Source of the DNA: Candidatus Latescibacterota bacterium
GTDB lineage: Bacteria; Latescibacterota; UBA2968; UBA8231
Reading direction: 5' to 3'
NCBI GenBank assembly: GCA_965197905.1
Contig: CBDAOB010000002.1
Span: forward strand, 399,595 to 463,594
Length of the DNA: 64,000 nt
Position 1 is the first letter of the stretch, and each line of letters opens with the position of its first letter. The position numbers and the translations under genes were made by a program. Below, piece by piece: positions 52,046 through 61,731 of the stretch. A model generated the notes under the pieces. That model was not told the origin of the DNA. It saw nothing but the letters and a program-made list of their open reading frames with translations, and searched no databases.

Positions 52046-53113
52046 CTAACTGAGTGAGTCGTAAAGGCTTTCGTACTCCGTCGCCATCTTGGTCAGGGCA
52101 AACTTGCTTTCGACCTTCTTCCGCGCGTTTCTGGATATCTCCTCGCGCAGTTCCCGCTTTTCAATTATCGAGAGTAATGCCTCGGCCAGATGGGAGACCG
52201 ATTGGGCCGGGACGAGTAATCCATCTCTACCACAGTCCACGATTTCTCGCATTGCGCCGACGTCGCTCGCAACGACGGGCAATCCCGCAGACATCGCTTC
52301 GGTCACGGAAACGGGAAGACCCTCGGAAAATGAGCTTAGGGCAAAAATGTCGGTCTGTTTCGAATACAGGTGTGGATCTCGCGACTCAGTTAGTTCGACG
52401 TTTGTCATATTCCTTTCGTTGAGAAAATCGACGACCCGTTTCTTGAGTTCATTTTCGCCCGAGGCCACGATTGTTAACCTGGACTCATACCGCTCGCTGA
52501 CTAGTTCGAACGCCCTCAACAGGGTCATGTGATCCTTCTGTGGAAAGAAGTTTGCCACGGTCGTGATTCTGATCGGCTTCTCGCCGAATGAACGCAGATC
52601 GGCCTCCGGCTCAGGATCAATTCCGTTGTAGATCAACCTTATTCGCTCTTTGTCGAAAGTCCGGCTCAGCTCGCTTTCGGTAATCCGGTTTCCAGCTATT
52701 AGTAACTGATTTAGGCGTCTAGAAAGAGCCTCGACGCCTCTTCTTCTCCCTTTGCAAAGCGGTGCGTGAATATTCAACACCGAATTGATTTTCATCCTTC
52801 TGGCGACCAGGCCCCCGTATATTCCCGATGCCGTCAGAAGCGAATGAGCGATTGATATTTCATGCTTCTCCACCCGCCTAGATATCTCGCGAACGAATCT
52901 CAGCAGCGACCGGGGGGAAAATGGCCTACTGACTTCCAGACAATCCGCGGCGATATCTAATTCTCTCAATTCTGGACCGACGACGCCGTCCTTGAAGAGA
53001 GAAATTACGAACGGTCTGAAACGCGACCTGTCGAGATTAACCGCGATGTTGTAGAGCACCGTCTGCGATCCGCCGGCAGTCAGTGCATCAGTCAGGTAGA
53101 GAATATTCCTCAA
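52046..53113 (-). CDS. Glycosyltransferase family 4
   Basis: GGSQTV, IYNGID, SFSEGLPVSVTEAMSAGLPVVASDVG. Confidence 0.9.
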   Translation of the reverse strand: MRNILYLTDALTAGGSQTVLYNIAVNLDRSRFRPFVISLFKDGVVGPELRELDIAADCLEVSRPFSPRSLLRFVREISRRVEKHEISIAHSLLTASGIYGGLVARRMKINSVLNIHAPLCKGRRRGVEALSRRLNQLLIAGNRITESELSRTFDKERIRLIYNGIDPEPEADLRSFGEKPIRITTVANFFPQKDHMTLLRAFELVSERYESRLTIVASGENELKKRVVDFLNERNMTNVELTESRDPHLYSKQTDIFALSSFSEGLPVSVTEAMSAGLPVVASDVGAMREIVDCGRDGLLVPAQSVSHLAEALLSIIEKRELREEISRNARKKVESKFALTKMATEYESLYDSLS

Positions 53114-53121
53114 TTCGTCGA

Positions 53122-54018
53122 CTAATCTCCATTAGGAGATTCTATTGCCTCGCGGCTGATCTGTACGAGGCCCTGCTCTAGATTCACCGTCGGAGCCCAA
53201 TGGAGCAAGTCGCGGGCAAGACTCATGTCGGCTACATACGCGGTGCTGTCTGACTGGTTGTCTTCTGCATCCCGTCTCCAGTTCAATTCCCGTCCGGTTG
53301 AACACTCAACCGCCTCGGCTGCGGCGCGAACGGTGGTAGGCACGCCCGTCCCAATATTGTATACTCCGAATCCCCGAGTAGGGGTTATCGCCTTTGCGAA
53401 CGCTGCGGCGACATCCTTTACGTGAACCAAATCTCGGATAGAGTCAGGCTCAGATAAGAATGCTTCTTTTCCTGTTAAAGCACACCGCATTAAATAGGGG
53501 ATAAGAAAATCGATCTGCTGTCCGCAACCGTAGACATTGAAGAGCCTCAGGATCGTACATGTAATATCGTTCGCGTCGCAGTACTCTTTACATATCATCT
53601 CGGCGACGTGTTTGCTGTAAGCGTAGGAGCTGTTCGGCTCCAGCAGTCCATCCTCTCTGATGGCAGCGCCCGAGGTACCGCGGTAGACCCCGCAAGTTGA
53701 AGCGAATACCAGGCGAGCACTCTGATATTTACAGGCCTCCAGCGCCTGAATAACTCCGCCTACGTTGACCAGGAAACCTCTGCCCTCATTCTTGCCGAAC
53801 GTTGCCGGCGAAACGGCGCCCAGGTGGACGACACAGTCAAATGATTCATTCCAAGTCTGCGGGCAGCAGACATCGCCACGCAACCGAATGATCGAATGCG
53901 GCGATTCCGATTCCAGCAGTGCAACCAAATTGTTGCCTATGAAGCCCTCGTGGCCCGTCACAGCGACATTCAAATTCTTCGATTCCTGCAACGGATTACC
54001 CTCTATGGCGTCGCACAT
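53122..54018 (-). CDS. NAD-dependent epimerase/dehydratase
   Basis: VTGHEGFIG, YAYSK, LRLFNVYG, RDLVHVKD. Confidence 0.87.
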   Translation of the reverse strand: MCDAIEGNPLQESKNLNVAVTGHEGFIGNNLVALLESESPHSIIRLRGDVCCPQTWNESFDCVVHLGAVSPATFGKNEGRGFLVNVGGVIQALEACKYQSARLVFASTCGVYRGTSGAAIREDGLLEPNSSYAYSKHVAEMICKEYCDANDITCTILRLFNVYGCGQQIDFLIPYLMRCALTGKEAFLSEPDSIRDLVHVKDVAAAFAKAITPTRGFGVYNIGTGVPTTVRAAAEAVECSTGRELNWRRDAEDNQSDSTAYVADMSLARDLLHWAPTVNLEQGLVQISREAIESPNGD

Positions 54019-55004
54019 TGCCTGCTCAATCTCTGCAATCCCGACGCTTCGCCCTCAAATACGTCTACGTAGTTTCTGTACCATTCTATCGTGCGCCTCA
54101 TGCCTTCGGCAAAATCGATTATGGGACTCCATCCCAGGATATCTTTCGCAGTATCATTCGAAGCCACCATCCGCCAAATTTCAGTAGGACGATCGCTCAG
54201 GGAGCCGAAGTGAAGCTCTGACGAACTGTTCGTCTGTCGGTGAATCTCCAGTATCAGGTCCTTGATCGAAATCTCAGTTCCCGAGCCCAGGTTTATAATC
54301 TGGCCCGACGCTTCATTGCGGATTCCTGCCAACAGAAACCCGTCGACTAGATTCTGTACGTAGTTGAAATCGCGGGTTTGCGCGCCCTGCGTAGCGTGGA
54401 CCTCCTTCCCCTGCAGGCAAGTCAGAATTATTTCTGCAATGATGGCGCGCGTACTTTGATAGGGCCCGAAAGCATTAAAGGGGCGAAGTACAACGACATC
54501 CTGAGCCGTGCTGTGCATTTTCATGCGGCAGTACATTTCGCCACCGTACTTTCCAACAGCATAGGGCGAAATCGGGAAAGGCGATAACTCTTCGGAAAAG
54601 GGTACGGAACGCTGATGTCCGTACACCTCTGAGGTGGCAACGTAGACGAACCGCTCGAAATTGTCACAAGCCTCGAAAACGTTGGCAGTTCCCACCATGT
54701 TGCACTGGAGAGCCTCTTGAACGTGGACGAAACTGTCGCCGACATGGTTGTATGCGGCCAGATGATACACAATGTCTGGCTTGAATCTCCGGATCTTCTG
54801 AAGGGAGTCTTGATTTCTGATGTCGGCTTCAATCACCTCGAGCTGATTCCAGACATCTACGATTCTGATGTTGTCGATGGAACTGTGATACTTGGTTAGA
54901 ACGGCTACTCTCGCCCCTTCGGCGACGAGTCGTCTGGTAAGATGCGACCCGATAAATCCGCTCCCTCCGGTTACCAACACCCGCTTGCCGCTGAAGCTTT
55001 CCAT
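54003..55004 (-). CDS. NDP-sugar 4,6-dehydratase/epimerase
   Basis: VTGGSGFIGSHL, TSEVYG, SPYAVGK, RPFNAFGP. Confidence 0.9.
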   Translation of the reverse strand: MESFSGKRVLVTGGSGFIGSHLTRRLVAEGARVAVLTKYHSSIDNIRIVDVWNQLEVIEADIRNQDSLQKIRRFKPDIVYHLAAYNHVGDSFVHVQEALQCNMVGTANVFEACDNFERFVYVATSEVYGHQRSVPFSEELSPFPISPYAVGKYGGEMYCRMKMHSTAQDVVVLRPFNAFGPYQSTRAIIAEIILTCLQGKEVHATQGAQTRDFNYVQNLVDGFLLAGIRNEASGQIINLGSGTEISIKDLILEIHRQTNSSSELHFGSLSDRPTEIWRMVASNDTAKDILGWSPIIDFAEGMRRTIEWYRNYVDVFEGEASGLQRLSRQCATP

Positions 55005-55741
55005 TACTGCTCCTCTGTCACGGTGAAGAAACGTCCAAGGTACTCCTCTGCTTCCCGTCTTTCAGATTCAGTATTGAACGTTATCTGCATTCCCTCGTGC
55101 TCGAAACCGGCTAGCAAGTTCCTGCGCCTCAGTTCCTCAAAAAAGGCGATCAGACCTCCACCGTCTTCACTTGAAAGCATCTCGGGAGTAACGTGAGACA
55201 GTGAAGACTTATCCAGAATGAAACTTCCGATGTAGTAGTTCAAAACCGGCTTTTCGACGAAAGATGTGACCCAATTGTTTGAATCCACCGTTACCAATCC
55301 AAACGGATTTCTAATTTTTGCAGAAACAATCGTGGCGCCGGCACGTTGCTTTAGGTGATTCCGCATCATGCCTTCAACATCCAAATCGATAAAGGTGTCG
55401 CAATACGAAATTAGGGCATGCCGATCCATCAACGCTCTAGTTTCCCAAATCCGCCTCAACATTCCTGCGGTCTCCCCGGAATCCGATATCGATATTTCGA
55501 GTCCCTCTGGTGGGTTCTCAAAATGTTTTTCTATCAGTCCGCCTTTATATCCGACACACAGGACGAAACGTTTTAGCCCTTTTGCACTGTAGGAATCAAT
55601 TATGTAATCCAGGATTGGTCTTCCATTCACGTTCACCAAAGCTTTGGGAACGTAGTCCGTCGCAGGTTTTAGGCGCACTCCCCTGCCACCACATAAGACC
55701 ACCACCTTCGTTTCCTCGCCGATCGATGCCCCCAATGTCAC
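55004..55741 (-). CDS. Sugar-phosphate nucleotidyltransferase
   Basis: LCGGRGVRLKP...PKALV, SFVEKP. Confidence 0.88.
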   Translation of the reverse strand: MTLGASIGEETKVVVLCGGRGVRLKPATDYVPKALVNVNGRPILDYIIDSYSAKGLKRFVLCVGYKGGLIEKHFENPPEGLEISISDSGETAGMLRRIWETRALMDRHALISYCDTFIDLDVEGMMRNHLKQRAGATIVSAKIRNPFGLVTVDSNNWVTSFVEKPVLNYYIGSFILDKSSLSHVTPEMLSSEDGGGLIAFFEELRRRNLLAGFEHEGMQITFNTESERREAEEYLGRFFTVTEEQ

Positions 55742-56070
55742 AGACCTCCCTCCGGGCTTGATTGCGGATGTTTTCGGAAAATTTGAATTTGTTAATTTAC
55801 TACAGGCGCGTGCAAACCTCCAACTGGATGAAGGCCTGAAATTTAGCCGTCAATACCCCTCACTCCCCTGGTTTTGCTCTCCCGACCCGCGACTTGCTGA
55901 AGGTTATGGCGTCCAAGCGCTTGCTAGACAACAGTAGCGCACTTTGAGACTGAGATTCCGGTAGGTCCTGGCGGCATTACAGAAATGAGACGGAGGTGGC
56001 CCCGGGGACGGTGGAGCTGGAGATCTGTTCGGGTACTGATTCGCCGGGGTTTCGTGGTCGCGGACGGTCA

Positions 56071-56099
56071 TTGACAGGATCGGTTTCACATTCTAGCTT
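56071..56099 (+). promoter_or_regulatory. Sigma-70 promoter of tRNA-Met
   Basis: TTGACA-N17-TAGCTT, the same hexamers as the tRNA-Asp promoter. Confidence 0.7.
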
Positions 56100-56111
56100 T
56101 TTCGTAAAAAT

Positions 56112-56188
56112 GGCGGTGTAGCTCAGTTGGTTAGAGCAGTGGAATCATAATCCATGGGTCGGGGGTTCGAATCCCTCCACCGCTACCA
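56112..56188 (+). tRNA. tRNA with CAT anticodon, probably elongator Met
   Basis: GGCGGTG/CACCGCT acceptor stem, GTGGA-ATCATAA-TCCAT arm, ACCA; lacks initiator hallmarks. Confidence 0.93.
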
Positions 56189-57720
56189 ACTGTTACGTCT
56201 CGCTGAACCCCCGCTACAAGGTTTTCACCTTCACCGGGGAAGAAAGCGAGACGTATTTTTTGTGGTGTCCAGATGAGGCGATTGAGGCGCAATTGGATGA
56301 GGTGGCGACGTTCCTCGTCGGTGGCCTGCTGGTAGAGGTCCCCAAAGGTGGTCAGTGAGGTCGTCAGTGCCTGCGCACTGACGACCTTCTTTTTTGCCGT
56401 ATCGATTTCGTTGTCCAGCACCAGAATCTCGTCGTCGAGTTGCTCTTCTTGGGCCTCGAGTTCAACGATCTCCTTGGCCACCGATTTCGTCCGCCCCTGC
56501 TTCAACGCCTCGATTAGATGTTCGATCTGCCGTTGCACGCGACGCTGGTGGGCGCTGAGCGCACTGCGCCTTTGGGTATAATTTCCCAGCACCTCGTCGA
56601 TGTCGATCATAGCCTCCTGCACCAAACGCTCGACGCTGTGATCTTGTTGGCTCAGTTCGATGAGGCGCGCGGCGACCACCTGCTCTAGGGGTCCGGCGGG
56701 GACGTTGGCCATGGAGCAGGCATCGGGTCCCCGGCGGTTGCGGTTGGAACAGGTGTAGTAGTGATAAACCTTGCCGTGGCGCCCGGCACCGTAATAGGGG
56801 GTCATGGCAGCCCCACATTCGCCACAGCGCACCAGGCCTTTGAGCTGGTAGACATGCAGGTTTTCGGCGCGGGCCTTGGCGCCTTTGTTACTGGCAGCGA
56901 TACACTGCACCCGTTCCCACGAATCGGCGGCAATGATGGGCTCATGTTGGCCATCGTAGACGGCCCCTTTGTGGGTAATCTGTCCCTTGTAGAAGGGGTT
57001 GAGCAGAATCCGCTTGATCGACATGGTGGCAAAGGCCTTACCGGGTTGGATCTTACCGCGCCGGGAGACGTAGGATTTGCTGCGATACCCTTTGCGGTTG
57101 ATGATCTCAGCGGTGCGGCGATAGCTCTTTTCCTGGAGATAGGTCTCATAAATCAAGCTCACCAGCTGCCGTTCCTGCGGGTTTACCGTGGGGATACCCG
57201 GGTTGTTCGGATCGACATCGTAGCCGAGGATCTGGCCGCCGTTGGCCAGTCCTTTGCGCGCCCGCCAAGCCAGCTTTTGCGTGGTGCGCTCGGAGGTCTG
57301 CTCGCGCTCCAGCTCGGCAATCACTAGCAAGATCTTCATCACCGCGCGGCCGGTGGCGGTGCTGGTATCCAGGCTTTCAGCCAACGAGATAAACGAGGCA
57401 CCGCGTTGCTCGAGGGTTTCCAACAGGTGGTAAAAATCCGGCAACGAGCGCGTAATGCGGTCGATCTTAGTACAGACCACCGTATCCACCTTGCCGGTGT
57501 CGACGTCAGCTAGAAGCTTTTGATACTGCGGGCGGTCGGTATTTTTGCCCGACTGCCCTTCTTCGCGATAGCGCGCCACCACCCGCCACTCCTCGTCGCC
57601 GCTACGGCTGCGCAGTTTAACCGCATCTTGCAGCAGATCCAGCTGGGTATCCAGCGAGCCGTCTTTTACCTGGGCTTGATCGGCGGTGCTGACGCGGGCG
57701 TAGATGGCGCAACGTTTCAT
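56131..57720 (-). CDS. Large serine recombinase/integrase
   Basis: IYARVST catalytic motif, DRITRS, ELEREQTSER, recombinase domain, GLVRCGECG...YYTC zinc ribbon, coiled coil; stop lies inside tRNA-Met. Confidence 0.93.
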   Translation of the reverse strand: MKRCAIYARVSTADQAQVKDGSLDTQLDLLQDAVKLRSRSGDEEWRVVARYREEGQSGKNTDRPQYQKLLADVDTGKVDTVVCTKIDRITRSLPDFYHLLETLEQRGASFISLAESLDTSTATGRAVMKILLVIAELEREQTSERTTQKLAWRARKGLANGGQILGYDVDPNNPGIPTVNPQERQLVSLIYETYLQEKSYRRTAEIINRKGYRSKSYVSRRGKIQPGKAFATMSIKRILLNPFYKGQITHKGAVYDGQHEPIIAADSWERVQCIAASNKGAKARAENLHVYQLKGLVRCGECGAAMTPYYGAGRHGKVYHYYTCSNRNRRGPDACSMANVPAGPLEQVVAARLIELSQQDHSVERLVQEAMIDIDEVLGNYTQRRSALSAHQRRVQRQIEHLIEALKQGRTKSVAKEIVELEAQEEQLDDEILVLDNEIDTAKKKVVSAQALTTSLTTFGDLYQQATDEERRHLIQLRLNRLIWTPQKIRLAFFPGEGENLVAGVQRDVTVGSGGGIRTPDPWIMIPLL

Positions 57721-57791
57721 ACCTTGATCTCCACCGTTCCTGTAATTCCCTTGCCATCGCCTTGACGTAGACGATGGCAAGGGAAGGTTTC

Positions 57792-57971
57792 TCAGTTAGA
57801 CGCCGAGGGATCGTTGACCCGGCGCAGGAGCACCCGACGTGCCAGCTCGCGAAAGGCCTGGTCACGCTGGGCTTGGTCGACTTCGGCGTATGGATTACCC
57901 GGGTTCGCTACGTCCGGAGGATCGATCGCCACCGCTATTTTCTCCCAATCAATGGGCGTCTTCGCCGCCAT
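57792..57971 (-). CDS. 59-aa ORF immediately upstream of the integrase
   Basis: Hand-translated MAAKTPIDWEKIAVAIDPPDVANPGNPYAEVDQAQRDQAFRELARRVLLRRVNDPSASN; TAAGGAG RBS. Confidence 0.6.
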   Translation of the reverse strand: MAAKTPIDWEKIAVAIDPPDVANPGNPYAEVDQAQRDQAFRELARRVLLRRVNDPSASN

Positions 57972-58619
57972 TGCATCGCTCCTTAGGAGCAGTGCAATGG
58001 GGGGTGAAAGGGATACTCAACATCTGAAACTTTCCTTTCGGCTTGCGCCGCGTTCCTGCAGCTTCCTACCCTCCCGCCAACAGGTCCGGCAGCTCACCCG
58101 TCTGTCGGGCAAGGATGCACTGTGGATCCGGCTCCCAGGCGGCCTGTGTTGCAACTACCGATGCTAGCTACAGCCTCGTCTCACCTCTGTACTCGCTTTT
58201 CATATTCTAGCGTTCTGACCTCGGCGCTACGTCCTCTTTATCTACCTCCGCCTCGTCTCGGTGATCTGACCTCGACTGGCCTACGTCGCACCCAGAGAAC
58301 ACAAAACGCTGCTGCTCGAGGCGCATAGATCCCCCCGGCAAGCAAGCTATCGCCGTGTGGGAGGACGCTAATTCGCTACGAGCAGCAGCGTCAACTGCTC
58401 ATGTCATGCCCGCCGTGTTGGCGACGGGTCTCTCTACTCAGCTGGCGCAACCACCAGCACTTATCTTACAAAAGGCTTAGTCCATTATAGTGAACGCGCG
58501 CGAAGGTGTCAAGCTGCTGCGCCGGATAGTGGCAAGGTGGCCAAACACCGGAGAGGTTAGGTTGGCCACCTTGGGTCCTGAGCCAGTGCCCACAATGGCT
58601 TGGACGAGAATAACGCCGA

Positions 58620-58810
58620 CAGGGTCCAGGTCTCCAACGAGATCTGGGAGTGGCGGCGAGTGTTTTCGCCAATACAGCGTGCATACGACCTTCAGCGCCC
58701 AAAACAGGTTCGGGGCGACGATCCGCTACGAGCTCGACACGTGGATCTATAACAGCGCCACCCACAAGGATCACTGGAAACGATTCAAGCTAAGCATTGT
58801 TGATCCAGCG
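58620..58810 (+). pseudogene. Fragment of a hypothetical protein with an AQNxFGAxxR motif
   Basis: YSVHTTFSAQNRFGATIRYE resembles a motif of small accessory exported proteins; the rest of the ORF is not protein-like. Confidence 0.3.
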
Positions 58811-59040
58811 TTACGTTGTGGAGACCGCAACCGTGTCCTGTTTGACGCGGATCCAGCAGATGCCCAAAAAGCCACGGCGTGCCACCATGCCCGCCGATTG
58901 GACCCCGGGATCCACGAAGTAGCAGTTAAGACCCCACACCGCCAGCCCGCCCGATTCATGACCACAACGAATCGCCGCGGCATTACGGTATGAGGTTGGA
59001 AGGCGGTTAATAGTGGAATGTTGGTCCCGGGGCGAGGGCG

Positions 59041-59204
59041 GGGACCAATATTTCTCAAGTTTTCACGCCAGCCGTCGATTTCTCTAGGTGGACGCACCGT
59101 CCAACCTTGGGGCTCCCTGTCGAGTACCACTCCGGTACTCGACAGGGATTTTTTTACCACAAGGTGTTATTCTCCGCCCACCACTCGCTTACCTCGTGCG
59201 CAGT
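59041..59204. repeat. Copy A of a ~165-bp duplicated module (structured non-coding segment + terminator + lipoprotein 3' end)
   Basis: Aligns by eye with 62733-62897. Confidence 0.85.
59115..59155 (+). terminator. Strong intrinsic terminator, copy A
   Basis: TCCCTGTCGAGTACC-ACTCC-GGTACTCGACAGGGA followed by TTTTTTT. Confidence 0.8.
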
Positions 59205-59349
59205 CCGCATCGCGGGCTGCAAGGGTCACCTGCCAGGTGAAGTCCTTCGACAGCGAGCAACCGATGTTGTAGTAACAATCGCCGTCCTCGCCGCATCCGC
59301 CTAATACGGCCAGGAACGCCACCATTAGCGTGCCGAATATCCACTTCAT
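59167..59349 (-). CDS. 60-aa lipoprotein, internally deleted paralog of 60004-60405
   Basis: GGAGG RBS; MKWIFGTLMVAFLAVLGG-C lipobox; EDGDCYY...DADCARGK shared with the paralog. Confidence 0.7.
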   Translation of the reverse strand: MKWIFGTLMVAFLAVLGGCGEDGDCYYNIGCSLSKDFTWQVTLAARDADCARGKRVVGGE

Positions 59350-59424
59350 TATAATCCTCCTTGGAAGAGCTGAAGCGCCTGGGGACATTCTCTGGCGCGG
59401 CAGAGGATCTGTAGCCACCCCCGA

Positions 59425-59771
59425 TCAGACCACGAGTTTCCGAATTGATTCCAGCAACTCCTCCGCACTAAATGGCTTCTCCAAGCTACCCTGCGCACCC
59501 AGCTCCTGCACCGCGCCAGGATCAACCCCGCCAAAGTTGCCACTCATAATCGGGACCGTGAGTCCGCTGTTCCTGACCTCCTGAATGAGCTTCTCGCCCC
59601 TCATCGGCATGTTCAAATCAGTGATAATCAAATCCATCTACTCGTAAGACCGCTGTCCAGCGCCGGCACCGCGTCGTCAAACGTGACAGGGTCATAGCCC
59701 TCGTTCCTCAATAGGGCAGATAAACTCCGCCTGACAAACGGGTCGTCTTCAACGATTGCGATCCTTTTCAT
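59425..59771 (-). pseudogene. Single-domain response regulator, frameshifted near 59640
   Basis: MKRIAIVEDDPFVRRSL...EGYD is out of frame with DLIITDLNMP...LEKPFSAEEL. Confidence 0.8.
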
Positions 59772-60003
59772 CTCGCGGTGCTAAAGCGATGGAGTGATTT
59801 CGGGGGCGGTGTCCCAACCATTTTGGCCATCAATCTTGAAGGTCGCTAGGGTCGAAAGAATCCTACCGGGGATCGACCAGGTCCAGAGTGCCGATCCAAC
59901 GCTTAGACGCTTCATGAACATGTCTCCAGGGAATGGCTTACGTGGACACCGGAGCTGATGACGAGTCCGGATACCAGCTCACGGCCATATCGTCTCATCG
60001 CAG

Positions 60004-60405
60004 CTACTTGCCGCTGCCTGTCACCAACTTACCTCGTGCGCAGTCCGCGTCACGGGAGGCAAGCGTAACCTGCCAGGCGGAGTCCTTCGACAGGCTCCGT
60101 CCAACGTCGTAATAGCAATCACCATCCTCGTCCGCCACTCGTAGGTCGTATTTGCCCGAAATGAGATCAATCTGCTTCGACTGGCCAAACTCCAATATCT
60201 CCGTTGCGCCCAAACGATCATCTCCCCAGATGGCGCTGCCGGCAGGAGAAACGTGGACCGTGACTATGTTCCATGTGGCGCCTTCATTGGTCAGCCTATT
60301 TTCAACGGTCAGGGTCACCGTCTTCGAAGACGCCGGATTGTCATCGCCGCAGCCGATTGCGACAGCCAGAAACGCCACCATCAAAATACTGCGCAGCCAC
60401 TTCAT
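60004..60405 (-). CDS. Lipoprotein with a beta-sandwich-like domain
   Basis: GGAGG RBS; AIG-C lipobox; LTVEN...VHVSP...WGDDRLG...GKYDLRV. Confidence 0.8.
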   Translation of the reverse strand: MKWLRSILMVAFLAVAIGCGDDNPASSKTVTLTVENRLTNEGATWNIVTVHVSPAGSAIWGDDRLGATEILEFGQSKQIDLISGKYDLRVADEDGDCYYDVGRSLSKDSAWQVTLASRDADCARGKLVTGSGK

Positions 60406-60743
60406 ATTTTCCTCCGTGGAAAAGCAGCAAAGCCTCTAAGACAACCGTGTCGAGCGCGTCCTCAAGTGCCTTCACTGCGGTGAAGAGCAGGTTGTTGGAG
60501 ATCGCCAATGAGGTCCGTACTTACTGAGGTAGGCTATTCCGACTTCCATCCACCAACACCTTCGCCTCGTACCAGAACGGCCCACAGCAACAGCACGATC
60601 GACATTTTTTTTACATTTTAATACTCAAACTACTCGAGAGGACAATATAATTACTTCCAGTATGTATTGCAATAACATCGCACTTAAAGGACGTAGAGTC
60701 TTCCAAACGTTCGCTCATAGATTTGCGTATAGGAGGCATTGTT

Positions 60744-61115
60744 ATGGGCGAACAGCCAGATACAGAGGCACTTAAGAAGGCCTTTGGGCAAAGACTTCGA
60801 GCGCTTCGCAAGAAAGTCGGATTAAGCCAAATGGCGCTTGGAGAGCGTGCGGGGTTGGACTACAACTACTGCGGACAAGTGGAGAGAGGCGAAAGAAACA
60901 TCTCACTGGAGGCGATGGGCAAGTTGGCCCAAGGCTTGAACATTGAAACAGTTGAGCTATTCTACTTTTCGGTTGACCATTCTTCCCTCCTCAACCCTCA
61001 GCTTGTGCAGATCTTAACAGACTTGGAGAGCGAGGATGAGGGATTCTTGAATAGAGTGCGAGACGTAATTGAGGTTCTTTTGCGTTGGAAAAGGAGCGCA
61101 CCGAACTGGCGGTGA
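60744..61115 (+). CDS. XRE-family HTH regulator, C-protein-like
   Basis: AGGAGG RBS; FGQRLRALRKKVGLSQMALGERAGLDYNYCGQVERGERNISL. Confidence 0.88.
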   Translation: MGEQPDTEALKKAFGQRLRALRKKVGLSQMALGERAGLDYNYCGQVERGERNISLEAMGKLAQGLNIETVELFYFSVDHSSLLNPQLVQILTDLESEDEGFLNRVRDVIEVLLRWKRSAPNWR

Positions 61116-61731
61116 AGGTTGGAACAAACCGATGTGGTATTCCAGGCCCCACTTATGCCGCCAGAACAGAAGTCCCGATACCCCATTGCTCAAAGCCCTT
61201 ATAAATGCAGCTGCTCTGGTGTCGGGGCGTGGTGGTGTTTTTGTGCGGCATGGCGTTGGTGCATGGCTCCCTCGCTTGACATCTCCAATGGGTCCGGGCT
61301 CGAAGTTATCTTAAGCTATTAATAGTCAATGGGTTAAGTGCAATGGAGGTTAACGATCAGAGAGCCATCGGACCGTCTCATCACGCTAACTGCGAAACGA
61401 ACCCATTTGGCAGAACTTCAATGTTGAGTGCAACCGGATTATCTACAAGGAGTTACGACGAAGAGAGCCGCTCGGCCTGGCAAGGGAGGTGAGATACACG
61501 CTGCGAAAAATCGTAATTATCGCACGGAAGGGCGGTGACAACACAATGAAAACTCAGAACCTACGAATTGCGCTGGCGACCACTTCGGAGCGTTATGCCA
61601 GATGAATCCTACTCAGCGACCATTCCCTATGATCGCGAGGGAATGACCATCCAAAGCGATTGCATGGGGAGACAGCGCCGGCAATGCAGGGCAAAACGCT
61701 ATGGAGGCCAAGCGACGGAGGCGATGCTAAA

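Noticed and set aside
59954..59990. Hammerhead ribozyme suggested by CTGATGA
   Set aside because: No GAAA core or compatible stems follow
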